The notes beneath the pieces were generated by a model, which was not told the origin of the DNA, made no database searches, and was given only the letters and a program-made list of their open reading frames with translations. Shown here piece after piece: positions 1 to 9,542 of a DNA stretch of 64,000 bases (position 1 is the first letter of the stretch; each line of letters starts with the position of its first letter). This stretch comes from Candidatus Latescibacterota bacterium (GTDB lineage Bacteria; Latescibacterota; UBA2968; UBA8231): positions 3,456,001 through 3,520,000 of the forward strand of contig OY730476.1 in NCBI GenBank assembly GCA_963422735.1, written 5' to 3'. Both the position numbers and the translations under genes were made by a program.

Positions 1-825
1 GGCTCCGTAGGTCACGACGAACTTGTCGCGTGCGGTGTCGTAGTCGCCGAGCAGGTATTGACCGCCGCTTCTATGGCTGAAGAAGAGGAGGATGTGGCGG
101 TCGCCGATCGGCCAGAAATAGGGGCAGGCTCCGTCGTCGCCGACTAGGGTGAACCCATCGTCCTCCACGAAGGGGTGGAGATACTCCCAGTGTTCGAGAT
201 CATTGGACTTGAAGAGAAAATTGGCGCGCACGGGCTTGCCGGCTGGACCTTCGGGCTTGGTGCCCGCCGAGAGCGAGTAGTACGCGTCGCCCTGCTTCCA
301 GATGCAGGGGTCAAAGACGCGGTAGGGCTGGCCGGGCTGGATGGGGATCACGGCCTTGTTGGCGATTTTTTCCCAGTTGAGCAATAGCGGGTCCGAAGAC
401 GTAGCGACCATGTTGCCGACCTCGGTGCCGTGGTACATGGCAATGACGCGTTCTTCCTCGACTAGCGTAGCTCCTGAAAAACAGCAGCGCTCTGGGTTCG
501 GATAGATGCAGTAGGGCAGGTCGCGCCAGTGGACGAGGTCGTCGCTTGTGGCGTGGCCCCAGTGCTGGCGGGTATCCTCCGGTGGGTAGGCTTGGTAGAA
601 GAGATGGTAGCGGCCCTGCCAGAAGCACAGTCCGTTGGGGTCGTTGAGATTGGCTTCCGGGTTGATGTAGTGATAGATAGGGCGGTGTGGATCGCCGGCA
701 TACGAGCGGCGCGCTGCGAGCAAGCGCTGCATCAGCGGGTTGGTGGCCAGCGCCTCCTCTTGTTCGGCCAGCGTGTCGGGGAAGGTGTAGTAGGGAACCT
801 TTGAAGTGTAGTCGGGCGCGGACAT
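1..825 (-). CDS. Glycoside hydrolase family 32-like five-bladed beta-propeller protein (runs off the window start)
   Basis: Manual translation from ATG at 825: HRPIYHY...NLNDPNGL, YHLFYQ, HWGHATSDDLVHW, CFSG, VFDP, DDGACP. Absent from the ORF track because no stop lies in the window. Confidence 0.85.
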   Translation of the reverse strand, partial: MSAPDYTSKVPYYTFPDTLAEQEEALATNPLMQRLLAARRSYAGDPHRPIYHYINPEANLNDPNGLCFWQGRYHLFYQAYPPEDTRQHWGHATSDDLVHWRDLPYCIYPNPERCCFSGATLVEEERVIAMYHGTEVGNMVATSSDPLLLNWEKIANKAVIPIQPGQPYRVFDPCIWKQGDAYYSLSAGTKPEGPAGKPVRANFLFKSNDLEHWEYLHPFVEDDGFTLVGDDGACPYFWPIGDRHILLFFSHRSGGQYLLGDYDTARDKFVVTYGA

Positions 826-895
826 GATCTTAATTCTCCAGGTTAAGAGGGTTGAGTACTGAATTGGGTCTATGCAATGCACGATTTCAGGTCAT

Positions 896-3769
896 CTAAT
901 CAAGTATTGTTTCTTGTAGGCTGCAATCCGCCGCTGCGAGATCTATCCAGCCGTTTGGATGTTTGAATCGCGTACTTTTGGAATCAAGTATCCTGTCGGC
1001 CACCTCTACCAAGCCATTGTAAGCCTCATGGCGACTTTCTCTGTCAGAGTTGGGCACCGGCGCAGATGTAACTTGAGACATTAGCCACTCGGCAAGAAAT
1101 GGTGGGTTCTCTGAAACCTTCACCCCAGCGGTAGCAAACAGCGGGACGAACTCCTCGGTCAATGCCTTCCCTTGGTCGTTTTGCCAGCGCAACTTAAATG
1201 CGGCAATTATTCCTATCTCTCCTACAGGCGATAGGACCGAGGCGTACAGACCTTTAAATGCTTGTGATTTCGCCAACTTGATCAAATACTGAAAAAACTT
1301 CGTTTCAAAATCGAGTAACACGACACCTCGGAGCCGGTGCGCAAGCCGCCGATTCGTCGTAACTCTCACCACCGTTCGTTGACCAAATTCAGGAAACTCA
1401 CCTTGTATGTCTTTGGGTAAACGGATTTCCAAAACGTCGCCATCGTATAGAGTAGTTTGCAGGTCAATATCAGCGATCTGCAACATATTGCGAATGAACA
1501 GATCGACGTGTTGCATCGTAAAGCCAATAGTACCTCCTAGAGCGTTCGGGTCGTAACCCGCAACGTGAGTAAACACCTCATCTTGCAATTTTTTAGCCTC
1601 TCGCGCTCGTTCCAGTGCTCTGTTGATCTCTTCTCGTGTACGCCTGATGTTCATATCCGTTGCCGACCTCAGAATTGAGGCAAGGTCCATATTTTCCAAA
1701 ATTTCGCCCAAAATTTCGGCATCAAGTCTTTCACTATATTCCTCGCCTATGGGTGCCATGTCCTGCACGATGTTGGTTATCCGTTGAAGCATCAAATCAA
1801 TCGCAGAGTTATCGAAACTGTCTCGAGCGTGTAGGTTGAAGACGACGACTTTTTTCTTTTGACCATAGCGGTATAATCGGCCGATACGCTGGACCAGCCG
1901 GGACGGATTCCATGGTAAATCGTAATTTACCATCACATGACACGATTCATGTAGGTTGATACCCTCGCCACCGGCTTCCGTTGAAACCATAAATTGCGCC
2001 GACTCGTTGAACGTGCTAATGGCCCTCAGTTTCTCGTCCAATCCCATTGAGCCATTTATCTGCTCGATTTCGCCTACTTCGGGGAACTGATCCTCAAGAG
2101 CTTCCTTGAGGTAGGTTTGCGTTCCCCGATATTCTGTAAAGACCAAGAGTTTTTCTCCTTTCTCAACAAGCGGCGCGACAACTTCACTGAGAAACATTTG
2201 TAGTTTTTCGTCGTTCTCATGCACGGCCTTTGCTGCCTCAAGCAAGCCTTCGATCATCTCCCGTTCGTGCGCGAAAAATTCCTTAGCCCCAGTGTTTGGT
2301 ACGCTCGTTACAAGATCGTCTTGATCGTCCCCACCCTCGGATAGGTCGTCTATCGTCAATTCCTGCTCTATACCATCCTCTTTGTATTCATTCAATTCGC
2401 CAGATAATTTTTCTAACCGCAGCCGGAGGGCGCGTTCGATCGCTGCGATGCTAGACGAGGCGAGTTTTCGGTATGTCGTCATAACGAAGCCGATAGCACG
2501 TCCGGTACTTCCTCCCCTTTCACACGATCTATAACCGTGTCGCAGATACTCGTCTAGAAATTTTTGGAATTTGAGCGTTTCCCTTGATGGCTTCACCGGA
2601 ATCCGATGTATGTCTTGCCCTTTGAATATGAACTGACCATCGGCGTCAGTAACCTCGCTTTTGCGATTTCTCAGGATCAGGTTGCTCACGATTTCTGGAT
2701 TGAATCTAAGTGTGTGTATTTGCCGGCTCAGGTCAGGCCGTACGAGTTCCAAGATCGATATGAATCGATCCACATAACCTTGATGAGGGGTACCGCTTAA
2801 AAGAAAAAAACCATCGGACATCGGCCGCAGCATTTCTGCCAATTTATAGCGATCTGCTCGTTCGCCACTGGCATGTCGGGTGAGCTTGTGACCCTCGTCG
2901 AATACGACGATGTCCCATCCACCGGCCTGCCGAAATATATCCATGTGATTTTCCCGTTTGGCGAGGTCAATGGAGACAATTACATGGTCGTAGCGTTTCC
3001 AGTGTTCATGATCGTGAATATTGAAATCACGTCCGTATATCATAAACGCTTGGTCAAACTTGTACTTGAGTTCGTCTTGCCATTGTCGAGTTAGACCAGC
3101 CGGCGAAACTACTAGCACACGACGTGCTTGCCCTTTGCGCTTGAGAGCTGCAAGAAGTAATCCAACCTCGATAGTTTTGCCTAGTCCGACATCATCGGCA
3201 ATTAACCAGTTGTAGTTTCCAGAACTCAGAATCCGGTGGACGAGCTGAATCTGATGCGGTAGCGGATCGACATCCAAGCGATCTAGCGAACCAGTCAAGT
3301 GGTTCCAGTTTTCGAGCGCATGTGCCAAAAGACGAAGACGGAATCTTTCGGCGTGATCTTCAGTACCCGTTTCGGTGCCCTCGTAACGCATTCTTACTGT
3401 CTTGATTCGACGTAGATTCTCATAGGGTATCGAAACCACACGTCCGTTGTCATCGAGTTGAACGAGACACATATCGCTTGATCCTATCTTCTGTTGGCCG
3501 ACGATAGTTCCTTGTCCTAGGGTTTTGCGTGTCGCCGAAATCGGCACATCCTGAACGGCCCAGCCCCTTTGAAAACCTGACTCCAAGTCGCCAATATCTA
3601 GCCATTCTTGCCAAGAGCGATTGGATGTTCTCCAAGTAACTTTGATCTTCAGGGAGCTTGTTTTTTGGTCCACTACTTGCCCCAATAGTCCCTTATTGCT
3701 GCGCCGTTGGACCCAACAACCTTTGACCGGGATTAAAACTTCTGTTGTCATTTCCGTTTTCCTCGCCAT
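896..3769 (-). CDS. SNF2/RapA-like superfamily 2 helicase/ATPase
   Basis: PLPHQ, LIADDVGLGKT (Walker A), DEGH, LSGTP, STEAGGEGINL and YDLPWNPSRLVQRIGRLYRYGQ motifs; 957 aa. Confidence 0.92.
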   Translation of the reverse strand: MARKTEMTTEVLIPVKGCWVQRRSNKGLLGQVVDQKTSSLKIKVTWRTSNRSWQEWLDIGDLESGFQRGWAVQDVPISATRKTLGQGTIVGQQKIGSSDMCLVQLDDNGRVVSIPYENLRRIKTVRMRYEGTETGTEDHAERFRLRLLAHALENWNHLTGSLDRLDVDPLPHQIQLVHRILSSGNYNWLIADDVGLGKTIEVGLLLAALKRKGQARRVLVVSPAGLTRQWQDELKYKFDQAFMIYGRDFNIHDHEHWKRYDHVIVSIDLAKRENHMDIFRQAGGWDIVVFDEGHKLTRHASGERADRYKLAEMLRPMSDGFFLLSGTPHQGYVDRFISILELVRPDLSRQIHTLRFNPEIVSNLILRNRKSEVTDADGQFIFKGQDIHRIPVKPSRETLKFQKFLDEYLRHGYRSCERGGSTGRAIGFVMTTYRKLASSSIAAIERALRLRLEKLSGELNEYKEDGIEQELTIDDLSEGGDDQDDLVTSVPNTGAKEFFAHEREMIEGLLEAAKAVHENDEKLQMFLSEVVAPLVEKGEKLLVFTEYRGTQTYLKEALEDQFPEVGEIEQINGSMGLDEKLRAISTFNESAQFMVSTEAGGEGINLHESCHVMVNYDLPWNPSRLVQRIGRLYRYGQKKKVVVFNLHARDSFDNSAIDLMLQRITNIVQDMAPIGEEYSERLDAEILGEILENMDLASILRSATDMNIRRTREEINRALERAREAKKLQDEVFTHVAGYDPNALGGTIGFTMQHVDLFIRNMLQIADIDLQTTLYDGDVLEIRLPKDIQGEFPEFGQRTVVRVTTNRRLAHRLRGVVLLDFETKFFQYLIKLAKSQAFKGLYASVLSPVGEIGIIAAFKLRWQNDQGKALTEEFVPLFATAGVKVSENPPFLAEWLMSQVTSAPVPNSDRESRHEAYNGLVEVADRILDSKSTRFKHPNGWIDLAAADCSLQETILD

Positions 3770-4962
3770 AAGTCTATCTCAGGAACTGAGTGGGCCGCAG
3801 TCGCAGTAGTACGTTCAAGCACATCGATATCTTTCTCACATTGCCACCGCTGACTCAAGCCGTAGTCCAAAATTTCGGCATCTAGATTTTGTATTTTCAC
3901 TTCGATATAGGAGGAGAAACTCATGTAGTAGTCACGGGGGGACCAAGGTGGCAACCTCAGCCATTCGTCAAGCCAATCGTCATCGATCATCATCTCCGGG
4001 GGGAGATCTTTTCGTACCAAGCACACACGGTGTGCAGCAATCCACGTAAATGCCGTCGCGCCGTTGGAAAGCCTTCTGACTCTGTATCTCCAAGAATAAC
4101 GTCCTTTCCACCAGTCCGTTCGCTGTCTCCAGATACTTCGCAACTCCACCATCGCCTTCAGGGTCTCAAAATCTAGTCCCTTCGACGCTATTCTTTTTAT
4201 TGCTTGGAAGGTACTTGAATGAGAATAATCCGGATGCTCAAATAAGTCTATCAAGTAGGCCAGGGCGCTCTCCTGATCGCCGTGGCTCGTCAGATAGAGT
4301 AAGCTCGCTAGGTCCGCTGCCTTATCACGGGCACGTCGGATCGACTGCCTTCCTCCTTCAGGCTCAATCTCCCATGGCGTTTGTTGAGCGTCCTCGTCAA
4401 ATTCGGGAGTGTCGTCGAAGAAGATCTCTGAATCCTCGTGTACCGAATCGCCAGAATCGCTGTATTCAGATCCATCGTCCTCTGTCTCATAGGGTAGATC
4501 GTCGTCAAGCCAATCTTGATCTTGGTCTGATGACAAAGCATCATCCGCCGACTCCATTGGCTCAACATCGGCGCAGACCATGTCCTCTGTCGCCTTCTCA
4601 AGGGCGTTCCTATCTTCCTTGTCTTCATATCCCATCGCAACGGTATCATCTACCGTGGACGCCCTTTCTGTTCCGGTTTTGTCTTCGCTGGAGAGTATAT
4701 CTTGTAGCTCATCAGATTCTGACGAACTCACTTCTTCAGGTACAGAATCACGAACGCCGCCATCCGCGTCCGCTTTCCGCGTTTTCTCTTTATCATTTAG
4801 TCCTATATTTTCGCCTGCTCCCGTCGTGCCTTGGGGATCCCACGGATCGAAGACTATTTCGTCCTCGATCTCAGTCCGATTTAGCAGCCAGGCCGCTTCC
4901 TGTTCCAAGGCGGGGTCGGATATGTTAGGGACCTTTGATATGTAAGCGGATGATGCGATCAT
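3748..4962 (-). CDS. Hypothetical protein with long D/E-rich N-terminal region and Trp-rich C-terminal domain
   Basis: ATG at 4962 follows a GGGAGG RBS; 404 aa; overlaps the SNF2 start by 22 bp. The ORF-track extension to 5355 is antisense to the amidohydrolase remnant. Confidence 0.75.
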   Translation of the reverse strand: MIASSAYISKVPNISDPALEQEAAWLLNRTEIEDEIVFDPWDPQGTTGAGENIGLNDKEKTRKADADGGVRDSVPEEVSSSESDELQDILSSEDKTGTERASTVDDTVAMGYEDKEDRNALEKATEDMVCADVEPMESADDALSSDQDQDWLDDDLPYETEDDGSEYSDSGDSVHEDSEIFFDDTPEFDEDAQQTPWEIEPEGGRQSIRRARDKAADLASLLYLTSHGDQESALAYLIDLFEHPDYSHSSTFQAIKRIASKGLDFETLKAMVELRSIWRQRTDWWKGRYSWRYRVRRLSNGATAFTWIAAHRVCLVRKDLPPEMMIDDDWLDEWLRLPPWSPRDYYMSFSSYIEVKIQNLDAEILDYGLSQRWQCEKDIDVLERTTATAAHSVPEIDLWRGKRK

Positions 4963-5112
4963 GGAATTAGCCTCCCAGTTTGATGAGTGGTCGTTACGGC
5001 AGCGAGAAAGTATAGGTCTTGCGCGGGCGTCAATCCAGTCTTGGACAGAAGGCAACGCGCCACCGCCCATGCAGTGGGTTTGACAGCCGCCGTGCGAATA
5101 CGCTCTATTCCC

Positions 5113-5789
5113 TTTATTTAGCCGAAGCCGTGGCACAGCCTCCAGACCGCTTCGTCGGTTTGGCCTGCTTACCTCGGCAGAACACCGAGGATGCGCTGGT
5201 GGAGCTGGATCGCGCCGTCGGCACCCTCGGCCACCGAGGGGTGATGCTCTATTCGCGCATTGCGGGCGTCGAAGTCGATGACTTGGCGTTGGATCCGCTG
5301 TATCGGTGCATCGCCGAGCTGGGCGTCCCGGTCGTCCTGCATCCGAGCGTTCCACCTTGGGCCGAGGCCATCAAGTGCCACTCCATGATCCCCATGGCAG
5401 GTCTGATGGTACATCAGAGTTTTGCCACTTTGCAGTTGATTTTGGGTGGCGTCCTCGAACGCCATCCCCAACTCAAAGTCGTGCAGCCATATCTGTGGGA
5501 GCGCGTCGATCACCAGACCGGCACCTTGCGCCGGGGCCAAGCGCAGATCAGCCAGCCTGTCGGCAAGTAATATGAACGAGTTTATTTAGACGTAGTCTCC
5601 CCTTGGCCGCCAGCGCTGAGGCTCGCCTACGAGTTTGCTGGCAGCGACCGGCTGCTCTTTGCCAGCGATCATCCATGGGTGGAGATCGACGTGTTGAGTT
5701 GGCTGGTGGAGGATATGGACATTCCCGCCGAGGACAAAGACGACATTTTAGGGCGCAACGCCTGCTCATTGTTCGGGATCGGCGGCTAA
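5113..5789 (+). pseudogene. Amidohydrolase_2 (ACMSD-like) pseudogene, 5'-truncated
   Basis: PDRFVGLACLP, ELDRAV, LGVPVVLHP, GGVLERHPQLK, then TAA at 5568-5570, a frameshift, and LLFASDHPW...ILGRNA*; no N-terminal DxHxH. Confidence 0.8.
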
Positions 5790-5820
5790 TCGCGCCATTG
5801 CAAAAAGGAGCCTGTCTTTT

Positions 5821-6483
5821 ATGGTCAAACCCGAAGTGCTAGACGCTTTTAAAGAATTCGACTCGCCGACGATTTTCAACGCCATTGTGTTAAAGTGCGG
5901 CCTACCAAATGAAGAGTACACCGGCCACCGGATTCGCTATCTGTTGCCGGAATTGGGGCCGGTCATCGGCTATGCGGTGACCGCGGAAGTAACGACCAAC
6001 GATCCAGACTCCGTGGCAGTGCCTTGGGAAGGGTACTATGAAGCAATCGATGCTATGGAGGCACCCGTATTCGCGGTGGTCAAGGATGTGGACTCGCGCC
6101 CTGGACGCGGGGCTAGTTTTGGCGACGGTATGGCGCGGCTGCACCAGCGGCTAGGTGCGGTGGGGGCCCTTGTCGATGGAACGGTGCGCGACTTGGAGGG
6201 GATCCGCCGAGTCGGGCTGCCGCTCTTCGCCTGGGGGATGGTGCCAGGACACGGAGTATTTAACGCGACGCGGATTAACACGCCGGTTTCCGTAGGGTCG
6301 GTGCGGATTCGGCCGGGAGACCTGATCTTTGGCGATGGCGACGGATGCGTGCGCATTCCGCTGGAGCACGCAGAAGAGGTGCTGGAATTGGCAGCAGAAG
6401 TGCGGGCCAAAGAGGCAAAGATTTTTGCACTGTACGATTCAGATGATTTCTCCCTCGCCAAGTGGCGAGAATCCCGCACGTAG
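5821..6483 (+). CDS. RraA family / HMG-CHA aldolase-like protein
   Basis: GYAVTA, FGDGMA, GALVDGTVRD, IRPGDLIFGDGDGCVRIP motifs; AGGAG RBS. Confidence 0.88.
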   Translation: MVKPEVLDAFKEFDSPTIFNAIVLKCGLPNEEYTGHRIRYLLPELGPVIGYAVTAEVTTNDPDSVAVPWEGYYEAIDAMEAPVFAVVKDVDSRPGRGASFGDGMARLHQRLGAVGALVDGTVRDLEGIRRVGLPLFAWGMVPGHGVFNATRINTPVSVGSVRIRPGDLIFGDGDGCVRIPLEHAEEVLELAAEVRAKEAKIFALYDSDDFSLAKWRESRT

Positions 6484-6504
6484 GGGCAACCCTTGTTGTC
6501 GCCC
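6480..6504 (+). repeat. GTAG-type REP-like palindrome
   Basis: GTAGGGGCAACCCTTGTTGTCGCCC: GTAG foot plus short hairpin; related copies at 57611-57723. Confidence 0.6.
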
Positions 6505-6546
6505 GCCAATCATCATAACAGCCAGTGCCCAGAAACGGAGGACAGC

Positions 6547-7422
6547 ATGGAGACCACCACAATAAAAATTGATCCTAAAGAAGAAATCGGCTTTATGAAG
6601 GTTGATGAGACCGATTTTGCCACTTTCTCCCTGAGCCAGCAGATCCGCCATCTCGAAGCGGAGGGCTATGTGCTCCTGCCGGATGCGCTCGACGCCGAGC
6701 ACATTGCGGCGCTGAAGGCCGAGCTAAAAGACCTGCCGATGACGCACAAGGACTACAGCAAGGCCCAAACGGTCCACCACGAGCCCCAGTGTACTAGCCG
6801 AAGGGTGGCCGAGCTGATCGGCTATCCGCCGATCGCGGAATTCCTCAAAGCGCTAATGGGGCCCGATATCGTATTCACGCACGGACTTTTTACCCGCACC
6901 CTCTCTGGCTCGCCGGGCATTTCAATGCACACCGACGGCCAGCCTTATGGCTCGTCGATCTTTGGCTACGAAGGCTCTTCACCGCGCCTTTTGCGGGTGC
7001 TCTACTACCTCGACGACCTACCGCCCGATCGTGCGCCCTTCCGGCTCATCCCGCGCTCTCATCTTTCGTTTCACGCCCAAGCCAACCCGTACGTGCGCTA
7101 TGTCTCGCACCCGCAGGAAATCACGCTCTGTCCCAAGGCCGGTTCGGTCGTCATGATACCGGCCCTCCTCTTCCACGGCACCCATCCCAACAAGGATTTG
7201 GCCCCTCGGGGGCTAATCCAGTTTGGATACCGACCGGCTTGGGCAGGGCCGATTCAGCCGATGGAGGAATGGGACGAGGAATGGGTGGAGAACGCGCCGG
7301 CAGCGGCCAAACCTTTTCTCCACAGCCGCAACACTACCGGCAAGGAGTGGAAACAAGTACACAAACCCCAAGGCATGCAGCGCGACGCGCCGGGTATCAA
7401 TCCAGATCGCTGGGGAGACTAA
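6547..7422 (+). CDS. Phytanoyl-CoA dioxygenase (PhyH) family Fe(II)/2-oxoglutarate oxygenase
   Basis: EGYVLLPDAL, HTD (HxD), LYYLDD, distal FHGT His; GGAGG RBS before ATG 6547. Confidence 0.85.
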   Translation: METTTIKIDPKEEIGFMKVDETDFATFSLSQQIRHLEAEGYVLLPDALDAEHIAALKAELKDLPMTHKDYSKAQTVHHEPQCTSRRVAELIGYPPIAEFLKALMGPDIVFTHGLFTRTLSGSPGISMHTDGQPYGSSIFGYEGSSPRLLRVLYYLDDLPPDRAPFRLIPRSHLSFHAQANPYVRYVSHPQEITLCPKAGSVVMIPALLFHGTHPNKDLAPRGLIQFGYRPAWAGPIQPMEEWDEEWVENAPAAAKPFLHSRNTTGKEWKQVHKPQGMQRDAPGINPDRWGD

Positions 7423-7436
7423 GGAAGGAGGACATC

Positions 7437-8171
7437 GTGAAACTAGCTGAACTCACCTGGCCCGACTTGGAGCAAGTGTCCAGAGACTCGGTAGTAATAT
7501 ATCCCATAGCAGCGTTTGAGCAGCACGGGCCGCATCTGCCGTTTATAACGGATACCGCCGAGGTCGCCGCTATCGTCGATCGCCTCGACGCGGAGATTCC
7601 CGATCAGGTTCTCTGTCTCCCGGCCCAGTGGCTGGGCTATTCCCCGCACCATCTGCGGTTTAAGGGCACGATAACAGCCCAATCAGAGACCCACATCAAC
7701 ATGATTGTCGATACCGTAAGCAGCATGGTCCACGCCGACTTCGACAAGATCGCCATAGTCAATGGCCACGGCGGGAATGTTCCCAATATGAACGTCGCCC
7801 TCCAGCGTCTGATGGAGAAGCGCCCCGACGCGAAAGTCTATGGCACATCCTGGTTTGCCTATGATGAGCTGGGCCAAATTAGGGAGGCGGGGCCTCATGG
7901 CTGGGGGCACGCGGGCGAGATGGAAACCTCGGTGATGATGGCCCTGCATCCCGAGTGGGTCAAAGCGGACCGCTTGCAAAAAGACGGCCATCCGCCGCAG
8001 TCTGAGCGCGCCGCCCAAGTCTCCCGCTACCGATGGATCCACGAATCGACCGACCAAGGAACTTACGGCGACCCCACCTTTGGGTCTGCCGAAAAGGGAG
8101 AGCGCTTCATCCGCGCCGCGGTTGGGGTGCTAGTCCACATCGTCGAGGATATAAGGAAGGGGCACTTGTAG
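7437..8171 (+). CDS. Creatininase family amidohydrolase
   Basis: EQHGPHLPFITD, GYSPHH, NGHGGN, HAGEMETS, YGDP...SAEKG; GTG start after AGGAGG. Confidence 0.9.
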   Translation: MKLAELTWPDLEQVSRDSVVIYPIAAFEQHGPHLPFITDTAEVAAIVDRLDAEIPDQVLCLPAQWLGYSPHHLRFKGTITAQSETHINMIVDTVSSMVHADFDKIAIVNGHGGNVPNMNVALQRLMEKRPDAKVYGTSWFAYDELGQIREAGPHGWGHAGEMETSVMMALHPEWVKADRLQKDGHPPQSERAAQVSRYRWIHESTDQGTYGDPTFGSAEKGERFIRAAVGVLVHIVEDIRKGHL

Positions 8172-8264
8172 CGTGGACTCGACTTTTTATGACGGATATA
8201 ACTTGCCTAGCCAGCACCAAGTTGCGACAGTAAGGCTGGCTTTCTTCTAGCGGAGGACTACGAC

Positions 8265-9278
8265 ATGGAAAAGGCAAAAAACCAGCGCAAAATAAACTGG
8301 TATCGGTGCCCCTTGCCGCGCGAGACGCTCAATGGGCTCAACCAGCGCAGTGACTTTTGGGGGCTACTGCAAACGCTGGGACATCTGGGTCTGCTGGCAG
8401 CGACGGCCGCGGGGGCTTGGTACGCGGCGGAGCACTTGGCCCTGCCGTGGTTGCTACTGATCCTCTTTTTTCACGGGACGTTCTACGCCTTTTTGCTGAA
8501 CGGCTTCCACGAGTTGTGTCACTCCACGGTCTTTAAGAGCAAGTCCCTCAACTACTTCTTTCTGCGCGTATTCAGCTTTTTAGGCGCGTACAACCACATT
8601 CATTTCTGGACTAGTCACACCGAGCATCACAAGTACACCCTGCACCCGCCCGACGATCTCGAAGTGGTCTTGCCGGCCCAATTGCGATTCGTGGATTTTC
8701 TCAAGAGTGCCGTTGTAAATCCGTGGGGCTTGTACGCCCGCTACAAGACGACGGTGCGGCGGGCATTCGGGAAATTAGAAGGCGAATGGGAGCTGGTGCT
8801 CTTTCCCGAGTCGGCACCAGACAAGCGGCGACGGCTCATTCGCTGGGATCGCTTCTTGCTAGTGGGTCACGCCCTAATCGTGGTGGTGTCCTTGTACTTC
8901 GGCCTGTGGCTGGTGCCAGTGCTCATTACGCTGGCCCCGTTCTACGGGGGCTGGTTGCTGTTTTTGTGCAACAATACCCAGCACATCGGCTTGCAGGACG
9001 ACGTGCCGGACTTTCGGCTCTGCACCCGCACGGTCATCTTGAATCCGTTTTTCCGCTTCCTCTACTGGCACATGAACTACCACATCGAACACCACATGTA
9101 CGCCGCGGTCCCATGCTACCGGCTCGGCAAGCTACACGCGGTAATCAAAAGCGATCTGCCGCACTGTCCGCGGGGGCTATACGAGGCGTGGATGGGCATC
9201 GCCGCCATCCTCAAGCGGCAAAAGGCCGAGCCAGGATACGAATACGTGCCGGAATTGCCCACTCCCGTCGCGGCTTGA
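8265..9278 (+). CDS. Membrane fatty acid desaturase / hydrocarbon oxygenase family protein
   Basis: Three His boxes (HELCH, HTEHH, HIEHH) and hydrophobic segments. Confidence 0.9.
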   Translation: MEKAKNQRKINWYRCPLPRETLNGLNQRSDFWGLLQTLGHLGLLAATAAGAWYAAEHLALPWLLLILFFHGTFYAFLLNGFHELCHSTVFKSKSLNYFFLRVFSFLGAYNHIHFWTSHTEHHKYTLHPPDDLEVVLPAQLRFVDFLKSAVVNPWGLYARYKTTVRRAFGKLEGEWELVLFPESAPDKRRRLIRWDRFLLVGHALIVVVSLYFGLWLVPVLITLAPFYGGWLLFLCNNTQHIGLQDDVPDFRLCTRTVILNPFFRFLYWHMNYHIEHHMYAAVPCYRLGKLHAVIKSDLPHCPRGLYEAWMGIAAILKRQKAEPGYEYVPELPTPVAA

Positions 9279-9295
9279 GGGAGTGCCTTAACTAC

Positions 9296-9533
9296 ATGAC
9301 ACCAACATATTGATAACGTGTTATTTGATGTTGCTTGGTTCAAAGATGAGCTCGACGACCATCGCCGACGCCTGCGAGCTCGGTGCGAAAAAACAGAGGA
9401 CGAGTCTTTGAAATTTTGTATGTGAGCGCGGTTGATTGGCGATAGATTTTCCATCCACTATGCGATTTTTTAACATTATGGTCTGTGTGATAACCCCGAT
9501 CTGCCTCGCCTGATCGAAGAAAGGTTTGACTAG
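9296..9533 (+). pseudogene. Possible degraded small gene
   Basis: RBS plus ATG, then after a frame change DNVLFDVAWFKDELDDHRRRLRARCEK...*...*HYGLCDNPDLPRLIEERFD*; family not recognised. Confidence 0.3.
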
Positions 9534-9542
9534 GAGGCTGCC

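Noticed and set aside
896-3769. Calling the helicase DISARM DrmD, Zorya ZorD or housekeeping RapA
   Set aside because: No partner genes of those systems are in the window and I cannot recognise a RapA C-terminal domain; left as SNF2/RapA-like.
4963-5355. N-terminal extension of the acidic protein (535-aa ORF)
   Set aside because: It is antisense to the amidohydrolase remnant, has Arg/Pro-rich shadow composition, and a strong RBS precedes ATG 4962.
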